Assembly: GCA_026770705.1 (NCBI GenBank)
Contig: JANJGN010000016.1
Location: 87,482,001 to 87,546,000, forward strand
Reading direction: 5' to 3'
Origin: Isurus oxyrinchus
Taxonomy: Eukaryota
DNA length: 64,000 bases
Part shown: piece after piece, positions 25,001 through 35,851 of the stretch
Layout: every line of letters starts with the position of its first letter
How positions within the stretch are numbered: position 1 is the first letter of the stretch
Program-made: the position numbers and the translations under genes
Notes under the pieces: generated by a model
What the model was told of the DNA's origin: nothing
What the model saw: the letters and a program-made list of their open reading frames with translations, nothing else
Database searches by the model: none

Positions 25001-28000
25001 TGTCAGGTAAGTGAGTGAGGTGGTAAGGTGGCAGGCAAGTGGGTGAGGGGTTATTGTGACAGGCGAGTGGGGTAGGGAGTCATGTGTCAGGTAAGTTTGT
25101 GAGGTGTCAGAGTGTCAGGTAAGTGGTTGAGTGAGTAGGATGGCAGGCAAGTGGTTTAGGGGATCGTGGGTCAGGAAGTGCCTGAGGGGGTAGGGTGTCA
25201 GGCAAGTGGGCGAGGGGGTATATTGTCAGGAACTAAGTTGAGGGGGTAGAGTGTCAGGCATTTGATTGTGGAGTTAGGGTGTCAGTCGATTGGGTGAGGG
25301 GGTAGAGTGGCAGGCAAGTGTGTGTGTTGGTAGATTGGCAGGCAAGTGGGTGAGTGGGTAGGGTGTCAGGCAATAGGGTGAGGGGTTAGTGTGGCAGGTA
25401 TGTGGGTGTGGGGGTAGGGTGTCAGGCCATAGGGTGAGGGGGTAGTGTGGCAGGTACGTGGGTGTGGGGGTAAGGTGTCAGGCAATAGGTTGAGGGGGTA
25501 GAGTGTCATGCAAGTGGGTGAGGTTGTAGAGTGGCATGTAAGTGGGTGAGTGGGTAGGGTGTCAGGCAATAAGTTGAGGGGGTACTGTGCCAAGCAAGTG
25601 GGCAAGGTGATAGAATGTCAGGTAATTGGGTGAGGGGTTAGAGTGGCAGGTAAGTGGGTGAGTTGTTAGAGTGGCAGGTAATTGGGTTAGGAGATAGGGC
25701 AGCAGGTAAGTTGACGAGGGGTTAGGGTGGCCGGTAAGTGGGTAATGGGGTTGAGTGGAAGGTAAGTGGGCCAGTGGGTTGAGTGGAAGGTAAGTGGGTG
25801 AGTGTGTAGGGTGTCAGGTAAGATCTTGAGGGTGTAGAGTGTCAGGTAATTGGTGAGGGTGTAGAGTGTCAGGTAAGTGGGTAAGGGATCGGGTGACAGG
25901 CAATTGGGTGAGGGGTTAGAATGGCAGGCAAGTGGGCATTGGGGGTTGGGTGGCAAGGAAGTGGGTGAGGTGGTGGAGTCAGGATATTGGGTGAGGGTGT
26001 AGGGTGGCTGGCAAGTGGTTGAGGGGGTAGGGTTTCATGTAAGTGCATGAGGGGGTAGGATGTCAGGTAATTGGGTATGGTCATAGAGTGGCGGGTAAGT
26101 GGGTGAGGGAGCAGATTTCCAGGTAATTGGGTGAGGGGGCAGTGTGTCAGGTGAGATGGGTGAGGTGGTAGATTTTCAGGCCGGTGAGTGAGGGTGTAGG
26201 GTGTCAGGCCAGTGGGTAAGGGGTTAGGGTGGCAGGTAAGTGGGCGAGTGGGATGGGGCAGCAAAGTGGGTGAGGGCTTAGAGTGTCAGATTAGTCTGCG
26301 AGGGGGTAGAGTGGCCTATAAATGGGTGAGGGGGTAGGGTGGCAGACAAGTGGGTGAGGAGCCAGTGTGTCAGGAAAGTGGTAGAGAGGGAAGGGTATCT
26401 GGTAAGTGGGTGAGGGGGTAGAGTGAGGCAAGTGGGTGAGTGTGTAGCGTGTCAGTCTGGTGAGTGAGGGGATAAGGAGGCAGGCAAATGGGTGAGTGGG
26501 TAGTGGGTCAGGTAAGTGGGTGAGAGGATAGGGTGGCAGGCAAGTGGGTGAGGGGGTAGAATGGCAGTCAAGAGGGCAAGGGGGTAGCATGGCAGGCAAG
26601 TGGGGGAGGTGGTAGGGTGTCAGGAAAGTGGGTGAGGGTGTAGGGTGGCTGTCAAGTTGTTGAGGGGTAGGGTGGCAGGCAAGTGGGTGAGCGGTAGAGT
26701 GGCAGGAAAGTGGTTGAGGGTTAGGGAGGCAGGCAAATTTGTGAGGGGTAGGGGGTCCGGCAATTGAGTGATGGCGTAGCATGTCAGGCAAATGTTTGAA
26801 GTGGTAGAGTGGCAGACAAGTGGGTGAGGGGGTAGTGTGTCAGGTAAGTCGGTGAACGGCTAGCGTGTCATGTTAGTGGGTGAGGATATAGTGTATCAGG
26901 TAAGTTGGTGAGGGGATAGTGTGGCAGGCAAGTGAGTGATGGTCTAAGATGGCAGGAATGTGGTTCAGTGGGGTAGGGTGGCAGGCAAGTGGGTGAGGGG
27001 GTAGAATGGCAGGTAAGTGGGTGAGGGGGTAGGGTGGCAGGTAAGTGGGTGAGGGGTTGTGTGTCAGGTAAGTGTGTGAGGTGTGTCAGGTAAGTGGTTG
27101 AGTAAGTTGGATGGCAGGTAAGTGGTTGAGGGGGTAGTGGGTCAGGAATTGCCTGAGGGAGTAGGGTGTCAGGCAAGTGGGTGAGGGCGTAGAATGGCAG
27201 GTAATTGTGTGAGAGGGCAGAGTGTCGGGCACGTGGGCGAGGGGGTAGATCGTCAGGAACTAAGTTGAGGGGGTAGAGTGTCAGGCATTTGGTTGTGGAG
27301 TTAGGGTGTCCGTCGATTGGGTGAGGGGGTAGAGTGTCAGGCATTTGGTTGTGGATTTAGGGTGTCAGTCGATTGGGTGAGGCGTTAGAGTGGCAGGCAA
27401 GTGTGTGTGTTGGTAGATTGGCAGACAATAGGGTGAGGGGGTAGCGTGGCAGGTATGTGGGTGTGGGGGTAAGGTGTCAGGCAATAGGTGAGGGGGTACA
27501 GTGTCATGCAAGTGTGTGAGGTTGTAGAGTGGCATGTAAGTGGGTGAGTGGGTAGGGTGTCAAGCAATAGGGTGAGGGGGTATTGTGGCAGGCTAGTGGG
27601 TGAAGGGGTTGAGTGTTAAGCAAGTGGGCGAGGTGATAGAATGTTAGGTAATTGGATGAGGGGGCAGCGTGACAGGCAAGTGGGTGAGGGGGTAGTGTGT
27701 CAAGTGGGTGAGGGGGTAGAGTGTTAGGTAAGTGGGTGAGGGGGTAGTGTGTCAGGTATGTGCGTGAGGGGGGGTACAGTGCCAGACAAGTGGAATAGGG
27801 GTTGGACTGTCAGGTAAGTGAGTGAGGTGGTAAGGTGGCAGGCAAGTGGGTGAGGAAGTTGGGTGTCGGGTAAGTGGATGAGGGGGTTTTGGTGGCAGGC
27901 AAGTGGGTGAGGGGTTATTGTGGCATGCAAGTAGGGTAGGGAGTTATGTGCCAGGTAAGTGTGTGAGGTGGTAGAGTGTCAGGTAAGTAGTTGAGTGAGT

Positions 28001-30274
28001 AGGATGGCAGGCTAGTGGTTGAGGGGGTAGTGGGTCAGGAAGTGTCTGAGGGGGTAGGGTTTCAGGCAAGTGGGTGAGGGGATAGAGTGTCATGCAACTG
28101 GGTGAGGGTGTAAAGTGTCAGGTAAGTGGGTGAGGGTGTAGAGTGTCAGATAATTTGGTTAGGGGATACGGTGGCAGGCATGTGGGTGTGAGTGTAGGGT
28201 GGCAGGCAAGTGGTTCAGCGGGTAGTGTGTCAGGTAAGTGGGTGAGGGGGTAGGGTGGCATCCAAGTGGGTGAAGGGGTAGTGTGTCAGGTAAGTGGGTG
28301 AGGGGGTAGGGTGGCATCCAAGTGGGTGAAGGGGTAGTGTGTCAGGTAAGTGGGTGAGAGGGTAGGGTGGCATCCAAGTGGGTGAAGGGGTAGTGTGTCA
28401 GGTAAGTGGGTGAAGGGTTAGGGTATTAGATAAGTGCGTGATGGGGGTACTGTGCCAGACAATTGGGATAGGGGTTAGACTGTCAGGTAAGTGAGTGAGG
28501 GGGTAGGGTGGCAGGCAATTGGGTGAGGGGATTGGGTGTCAGGTAAGTGGGCAAGGGGGTTTTGGTGGCAGGCAGGTGGGTGAGGGGTTATTGTGGCAGG
28601 CAAGTGGGGTAGGTGGTAGTGTGTCAGGTATTTGTGTGAGATGGTAGAGGGTCAGGTAAGTGCTTGAGTGAGTAGGATGACAGTCAGTAGTTAAGGGGTT
28701 ACTGGGTCAGGAAGTGGTTGAGGGATTAGGGTGTCAGGCAAGTGGGTGAGGGGATATAGTGTCAGGTAATTGTGTGAGGGAGCAGAGGGTCAGGTAAATG
28801 GGTCAGGGTTAGAGTGGCAGGCAAGTGGGTGAGTGGGTGGGGTGGCAGGCAAGTGGGTGAGTGGGTAGTGTGTCAGGTAATTGGGTGAGTGGTAGGGTGT
28901 CAGGCAATTGGCGAGGGGGTTGATGTCAGGAACTAAGTCGAGGGGGTACTGTGTCAGATCAGTGGGTGAGGGGGTATGGTGTCAGGCATTAGGTTCTTTA
29001 GTTAGGGTGTCAATCAATTGGGTGAGGGGGTAGAGTGGCAGGCAAGTGTGTGTGGTGGTAGATTGGCAGGCAAGTGGGTGAGTGGGTAGGGTGTCAGGCA
29101 ATAGGTTGAGGGTGTCTTGTGGCAGGTAAGTGGGCGAGGTGATAGAGTGGCTGGTAAGTGGGTGAAGGGCTAGGGTGGCAGGTAATTTGGCCAGGGGTTA
29201 GGATGGCAGGCAAGTGGGTGAGTGGGTGGAGTGGCAAATATGTGGGTGAGTGGGCAGGGTGTTAGACAAGTGTGCGAGCGGGTAGATGGTCAGGTGAAGA
29301 GGGTAGGATGTCAGGTAAGTGGGTGAGGGGTTAGGGTGTCAGGTAGGTTGGTGAGTGGGTAGAGTGACAGGGTGAGGGTGTAGGGTGGCAGGCAAATGGG
29401 TGAGTGGGTAGAGTGGCAGCCAAGTGGGTGAGATGGTAGGGTGTCAGGCAATAGGATGAGAGGAAAGTGTGGCAGGTAAGTGGGTGAGGGGATAGAGTGC
29501 CAGGTAAGTGGGTGAGGTAGTAGTGTGGGAGGTAAGTGGGGGAGGGGGTATGGTGGCAGGTATGTTGGCCAGGGGGTAGAGTGGCAGCTAAGTGGGTGAG
29601 GGGGCAGAGTGTCAGGTAAGTGGGTGAGGGGGTAGGGTGTCAGGTAAGTGGGTGAGGGGGTAGGGTGTCAGGAAACTGGGTAAGGGGATAGGGTGGTAGG
29701 TATGTGGCTGAGTGGATAGGGTGTCAGGCAGGTGGGCTAGGGGGTAGAGCATCAGGTAATTGGGCAAGTGGTTAGGGTGGCAGGTGGGCGGTGAGTGGAT
29801 AGGGTGGGTCAGGCCTGGGGTGTTGTTCTTGTATTTGGATGGTTCTTGGCTGCTTGGGGGGCTATTGGGGAGGTAGGGGGGAATCTGTAGGGGCATTCGG
29901 GCTGATGCTCAGGTCGGGTGTCATTGGGATCCGGGGGTGTTCATCGGGGCAGGTGGGTAGCAGAGGGTGTTATCCCCGGTATATTTGGGTGTTGGGGGTT
30001 TTAGTTGTCTACTTACCCAGGAGTTAGAACTGGTTTTAATCCTCCTAACGTTTCCCGGGTAACATTTCCAATCAGTAAATCGGAATGATCGGAAGTCTCC
30101 GGGCTTTAAGTCAGAGTTTCAGAGGGATCCAGGCACAGGGTAATTTCCCATCGGAAGTTCACACTTCCTGTATAATTCCCTTGCATTCAGTGTGTAGGGA
30201 ATTCTGAGGGGTTCCCCAGTGCATCTTGGCCTGTGCCTCCGGGCTACCGGAGATCGGAATTTCTGGGCCAATGG

Positions 30275-31720
30275 ATCAGACGACCAAAAGCTTGGCCAAA
30301 GATGTGGACTTGAAGGAGTGTCTTACAGGAGGAAAGTGAGGGAGAGAGGGGGAGAGGTGTAGGAAGGGAATTCCAGAGCTTGGGGCCCAGGCAGCTGAAG
30401 GCAGGGCCACCAATGGTGGAGCGATTCTGATCAGGAATCCACCAGAGGCCAGGATTAGAGGAGTGAAGATATCTCGGAGGGTTGTAGGGCTGGAGGAGAT
30501 TCCAGAGATAGGGAGGGGTGAGGCAATGGAGGGAATTGAAAACAAGGATGGGAATTGGAAAATCAGGATGTTGCTTGACCAGGAAACAATGTCGGTCAGT
30601 GAGCACAGGGGTGACAGGGGAACGGGACTCTCTGTGAGTTAGGACACGGGCAGCAGAGTTTTGGATGACCCCACGATTGCGGAGGGTAGAATGTGGGAGA
30701 GCAGCCAGGAGTGTATTGGAATAGTCACATCCAGAGGTAACCAAGGCATGGGTGAGGGCTTCAGCAGCTGATGAGCTGAGACTGGGGTGAAGTCGAGCGA
30801 TGTTATGGAGGTGGAAATAGGCGGTCTTAGTGATGTCACGAATATGAGGTCGGAAGCTCATCTCAGGGTCAGATGTGACCCCAAGGTTGTGAACAGACGG
30901 GTTTAATCTCAGACTGTTACCGGGGAGAGGGATGGAGTCAGGAGTTAGAGAACAGAGTTTGGAGTGGGGACTGAAAACAATGGCTTCAGCCTTCCCAATA
31001 TTTAATTGGAGGAATTCCTGTTCACTCAGTACGGGTTGTGGGATAAGCAGTCTGATAATTTAGCAACAGTGGAGGAGTTGAGAGAGGTGGTGGTGAGGTA
31101 GAGCTGGGGGTCTTCAGCGTACATGTGAAAACTAACGCTATGCTTTCAGATGATGTGTCCGAGGGGCAGCATGTAGGTGAGAATTAGGAGGGGCCAAGGA
31201 TCGATCCTTGGGGGACACCAGAGGGAACGGAGCAGGGACAGTTTTAGCAGATGAGAGGAGGAGCCGGGAGTGTTTGGAGCGTCCAGCCAGATCTGGCGGT
31301 GATGGATAAACCGGTTTCAAGTCTGCCTCCCTTGGATTGAGTGAGTGGAGATGAGGGTGGTAGCAGGGGGAAGGGCCAGGGTGAGGGAGAGGAATGGTTT
31401 TATTGGGGACTAGGATATGAAAGGTGGAGGTGAGGGTGAGGTTGTGTAAATCAGTAGCTGCAGAAATGTTGTGGTGATCGGAGGGCCAGAGACCAGATCG
31501 TTGGGATTGTGAAAGTGCAGTTGTAAGTGAATTGGGGAATAGGTTTTTCCAGGGATGGATACAGAAGGGGGTAGGGTTGGGCTGTGGAAGGGGGATGTGG
31601 GTGGGGAGTGATACAAGGAAGTGATCAGAGATGGTCTTATCTGTGATTGAAACTATGGGAGTAGCGAGACCACGTGAGATGGGAAGGTCACGGGGAGGTC
31701 GTGAATATGGTTTGGGGAAT
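30275..31720 (-). mobile_element. Degenerate L2-clade LINE (ORF2 reverse transcriptase C-terminal region plus upstream remnants)
   Basis: ORF 30244-30861 (FRPHIRDITKTAYFHLHNIARL...DYSN.LLA...QNSAARVLT...LWNSLP) is a typical L2 ORF2 C-terminus. Frameshifted RT remnants lie near 31100-31230. Confidence 0.8.
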
Positions 31721-31982
31721 TGTGGTTGTGATGACTTTTTCCCAGCAATTACCAGATTCTTTTCTGTTTTTAATCTTGTAAATTCAAGAGATTCAGGATA
31801 AAACTGATCATTTTAAAATGATTGATACTTGGCTTTGAACCAAATCTGCTGAAGATGTGTCAATGATTGACTGGCCAACCAGCCAATCAGGACAATCACT
31901 TGCTGAAATGCAGCCAATCAGCTGATGGGGAGGTGGGACATTTCCAAAGCACTCACCAGACAGAGACTGAATATTCTTAATG

Positions 31983-31988
31983 TTTATT
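31983..31988 (-). terminator. Putative polyadenylation signal of the light-chain gene (alternative AATAAA at 32078-32083)
   Basis: AATAAA on the minus strand ~600 bp after the C stop codon, followed by a GT-rich stretch (cagtctctgtctggtgagtgctttgg). Confidence 0.6.
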
Positions 31989-32287
31989 ACCTTTTACACA
32001 TTGACATTTACAGAAAAAAGACTTGAATAAACAGCCCAGCCAGAGGGAGCTGGAGAAATTCACAGGGAGAATGGAGGTTTATTAAAACGCTTGTGGAGAT
32101 TTTCTCCAGAACATGAGAATCCTGTCCCTTTAAACAGTGACTAAACCTTAAATTGTAACTGCAGGGTGAGCAGGAAGGGGTCTGGTTTACTGAAGCAGAC
32201 ACTTCGGAGGGTCACGTTATTTTTGTACAGCTGACAGTCTTCAGCATCTTAGAGAGGTTTAACTTAGCATCACGAGATTAAACTGAC

Positions 32288-32422
32288 CCATCAAACACTC
32301 CCAGGACAGGTGCTGCAGGGGGCTAGATACAGAGTAAAGGTCCCTCTACACTGTCCCCATCAAACACTCCCAGGACAGGTACAGCACGGGGTTAGATACA
32401 GAGTAAAGATCCCTCTACACTG
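32288..32422. repeat. Two ~69-bp tandem units (ccatcaaacactcccaggacagg...tccctctacactg) in the Ig 3'UTR
   Basis: Direct repeat visible in the sequence; resembles a common dispersed shark minisatellite unit as I recall it. Confidence 0.75.
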
Positions 32423-32582
32423 CACCAATAACGTGCCTTAACCCCTGACCCTCAGAAGTGTCTCAGAGCCAGTCCTGAGAAGGAAGAGAGTTGTAATTTG
32501 GTGCTGACAATGACCTTTGCCCTCCCAGCTCACCCCTGTTCTATTTAAAGTTGTGTCTCCTCTGTGGACTGTCTCTAACACT

Positions 32583-32911
32583 CTACGCACATTCTGATCT
32601 CCTGATGCTCTTGCTGAGGGGAGAGGAAAGACTCTCGTGGGTGACGACACAGGAGAAGCTGGCATTGGACTCCCAGCCGGAGCCAGAGAGGGTCAGCAGG
32701 CTGCTGACGCTGTAGGTGCTGTCCGAAGCTCGCAGGTAGTTGCTGGTCTGAACCCCGTCCGAAATGGCTGCACCGTCCTTCTTCCACTCCACCTTCACCT
32801 CATCGGGATAGAAGTGATTGGCAAGGCACACCAGGGTGGCAGTGCCCTTGGTCTTGACCTCCTCTGGGGAGGGGGGCAGCAGGGTCACTGTGGGTGGTGA
32901 CTTCTCTCTGC
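32583..32911 (-). CDS. IGKC: Immunoglobulin light-chain constant exon, kappa / type III (NS4-like)
   Basis: Acceptor cttccatttcAG ends at 32912 and is phase-compatible with J. Translation (S)REKSPPTVTLLPPSPEEVKTKGTATLVCLANHFYPDEVKVEWKKDG...YSVSSLLTL...FSCVVTHESLSSPLSKSIRRSECA* has both C1-set Cys, the conserved Trp and the penultimate interchain Cys. Confidence 0.96.
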
Positions 32912-32944
32912 CTGAAATGGAAGAGAAGGAAGTTTAATCACTGT

Positions 32945-33355
32945 CATTATAATGAATTTCAACTTCCCGAATATTAACTGGGATCAAATCTGTGTAAATG
33001 TATAGATGATGCAAAATTCTTATAATCCATCCAAGTGAATTCTTTTTGCCCGAATGTAACAAACCCAACAGAGAAGGGGCAGTTTTAGACAATTTCAGGG
33101 AATGAATCTGGCCAGGTGGAAGGTGTATCATGGGAGAGTATTTGGCTAATAGTGATCATAATTCAGTTAGATTTAGAGCAGTTATGGAAAAGGATAAAGA
33201 TAGACCAAGTGTAAAAGTTATAAATTAGGGAAAGGCCAATTTATCTAAGCTGCGATTTGCCGAAATGGACAGGAAACAGCAACTTGAAGGTAAATCAGTG
33301 TCAGAGCAGTGGGAGGTTTTCATGGAGAATTGTGAAATATTGGATGGGATAAAAA
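32945..33355 (+). mobile_element. CR1 LINE fragment (endonuclease/tether region)
   Basis: Motifs ttcaacttcccgaatattaactggga and agtgatcataattcag; homologous to 43285-43650. Confidence 0.7.
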
Positions 33356-33424
33356 CAGTGCGGAATTATCCCAGATTTGCACAAAGTGCAATGGCGGGTG
33401 GGAGAAAGATCGTTTTACATCCCC

Positions 33425-33987
33425 TGTGCCCTTGCCACTCTCAGTCTTTCCTCCAAGCAGTGTTCAACATGGAGGGGCACTGATTCTTCAACTGAGGGAG
33501 GGGGTACGTGGTAATCAGGAGGAGGTTTCCTTCCCTGTGTTTGACCTGATGCCATGAGACTTCATGAGGTCCGGAGTGGATTTTGAGGACTCCCAGAGCA
33601 ACTCCCAACTGACTGTATGCAACTGTGTTGCCACCTGTGCTGGGTCTGACCTGCTGGTGGGACAGGACATACCCGGGGATGGTGATGGTGGAGTCTGGGT
33701 CATTATCTGTAAGGTATGATTCTGTGAAGATGACTCTGTCAGGCTGTTGCTTGACGGGTCTGTGAGACAGTTCTCCCACGTTTGGCACTAGCCCCCAGAT
33801 GTTAGTAAGAGGGACTTTGCAGGGTCAACGGGGCTGAGATTGCCATTGTTGTTTCCGGTGCCTAGGTAGATACCGGGTGGTCAGTCCAGTTTCATTCCTT
33901 TTATGTGACTATGTAGAAGTTTCTTACAACTGAGTGGTGGCTGGGCCACTTCAGAGGGCAGTAAAGAGCCAACCATATTGCTGTGTG
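33425..33987 (-). mobile_element. Non-LTR retrotransposon (CR1/L2 group), apurinic endonuclease part, inverted
   Basis: ORF 33441-33788 QQPDRVIFTESYL...ITIPGYVLSHQQVRPSTGG is an APE-domain N-terminus. Confidence 0.75.
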
Positions 33988-33999
33988 GCACACAGCAAC

Positions 34000-34972
34000 A
34001 CCTGGAAAATTGCCCAGGTATGTCCTGTACACAAAAAGCAGGACAAATCCAACCTGGCCAATTACCGCCCCATCAGTCTACTCTCCATCATCAGTAAGTG
34101 ATGTAAGGGATCATCAACTGTGCTATCAGGTGGCACTTGCTCAGCAATAACCAGCTCACTAACGCCCAGTTTGGGTTCTGCCAGGGCCACTCAGCTCCTG
34201 ACCTCATTACAGCCTCAGTTCAGACATGGACAGTGGAGCTGAACTCCTGAGGTGAGGAGAGAGTGACTGTCGTAGACATCAAGGCCGCATTTGACTGAGT
34301 GTGGTGTCAAGGACCCGAGAAAAACTGGAGTCAAAGGGAATCGGGGGAAAACTCTCTGTGGGTTGGAGTCATACCTAGCACAAAGCAAGATGGTTGTGGT
34401 TGTTGGAGGTCAGTCATCTCAGCTCCAGGACATCACTGCAGGAGTTCCTCAGGATAGTGTCCTCAGCCCAACCATCTTCAGCTGCTTCATCAATGATCTT
34501 CCTTCCATCATAAGGTCAGAAGTCAGTGTGTTCGCTGAAGATTGCATAATGTTCAGCACCTCAGATACTGCAGCAGTCCCTGTACAAATGCAGCAAGACC
34601 TGGACAATATCCAGGCTTGGGCTGACAAGTGGCAAGTAACATACATGCCACACAAGTGCCAGGCAATGACCATTTCCAACAAGAGAGAACCCAACCATCG
34701 CCCCTTGATGTTCAATGGCATTACCATGACTCAATCCCCCACTATCAATGTCCTGGGGGTTACCATTGAGCAGAAACTGAAGTGGACTAGCCATATAAAT
34801 ACTGTGGCTACAAGAGCAGGTCAGAGGCTAGGAATCCTGTGACGAGTAACTCACCTCCTGACTCTCCAAAGCCTGTCCACCATCTACAAAGCACAAGTCA
34901 GGAATGTGTTGGAGTACTCTCCACTTGCCTGGATGAGTGCATCTCCAACAACACTGAAGAAGCTGGACACTG
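34000..34972 (+). mobile_element. Non-LTR retrotransposon reverse-transcriptase fragment (degenerate)
   Basis: WKIAQVCPVHKK..NYRPISLL, then ORF 34291-34842 with GVPQDSVLSP..F..FINDLP and FAED (a degenerate YADD motif); in-frame stops are present. Confidence 0.85.
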
Positions 34973-35254
34973 TATTTAAACTGCAGCCGTGCGCACACTT
35001 CTCAATGCTTGCAGCCGGGGGCTGCTCCGTGAAGACTTGGCCCCAAAAACCAAGCAGAGTGCAGCCCCCCAAATCAGTGACACATTCCTGGGGTGCCTTC
35101 TGGACACTGTGGAGGCCCATCCTGATGTCCTCTAACCCCGCTCTGGCCACAGGAGGGCCATTAGTTTCAGATTTTTGGCTGTCTCACCATATTATTCCCA
35201 CTGCTCACCATGACACCTGACACCAATGGGGCCGGAAAATTCTGGCCATAGTGA

Positions 35255-35570
35255 GAGAGGAAATATTAATTGTTGGAAGATATTCTGAGGGAAATTTTAA
35301 ACATCTTTGAGAAAGATACGACCAAGGACAGTCAACATGGACTTGTTAAGGGAAGGCCGTGTCTGACTAAGTTGCTTGAATTTTTTGAGGAGGTAACAAG
35401 GAGGGTTGATGAGGGGAGCGAGTTTGATGTGGTCTATTTGGATTTTAGCAAGACTTCTGACAAGGTTCCACGTGACAGACTGGTCAGAAAATTAAAAATT
35501 CATGGGATCCCAGGGAAAGGGGCAAGTTGTGTTTCAAATTAATTGAGTGGCAGGAGGTAAAGGTTTGATG
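35255..35570 (+). mobile_element. CR1 LINE RT fragment
   Basis: ORF 35270-35542 SQHGLVKGRPCLTKLLEFFEEVT...DVVYLDFSKTSDKVP. Confidence 0.85.
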
Positions 35571-35851
35571 TTAAGCTGGTTAAATCATATTGGGCTGTTA
35601 CTTAGACATTTGTAAAGAGGGTTACCACAAATTCAGCACTGAAATGGTTAATAGTAAGAGTGTTTAAAGACTCAGTGTCCCTCGAAGACACTGTTAAGCT
35701 GTCAGGAAGCTCTGACTATTGATCAGCCTGTCCGGGGGAAACAGGTTCACATTAACAATCCTCAGATCACACACACATCGAGAGAACTTTATCCCAGAAT
35801 GTTGGAGCACACTTGGATCAACCCACTTCAGAAAGGATTCAGATTGGGTGT

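Larger units (their letters stand above)
1..29810. repeat. Degenerate G-rich 28-bp tandem satellite (consensus ~CAGGTAAGTGGGTGAGGGGGTAGAGTGT), roughly 1000 monomers
   Basis: Period read directly (GTAAGT at 1921 and 1949). The array is strongly G-rich on the + strand. The Pro/His/Leu/Thr-rich minus-strand ORFs here are translations of the repeat. Confidence 0.95.

Noticed and set aside
1-29810. Class-switch (S) region or telomeric array
   Set aside because: The G-rich strand would be the template for Ig-sense transcription, AGCT motifs are sparse, and this is a light-chain locus. TTAGGG occurs only as scattered single variants.
1445-29896. Dozens of Pro/His/Thr/Leu-rich minus-strand ORFs
   Set aside because: They are translations of the C-rich strand of the 28-bp satellite; frames shift constantly and there is no exon structure.
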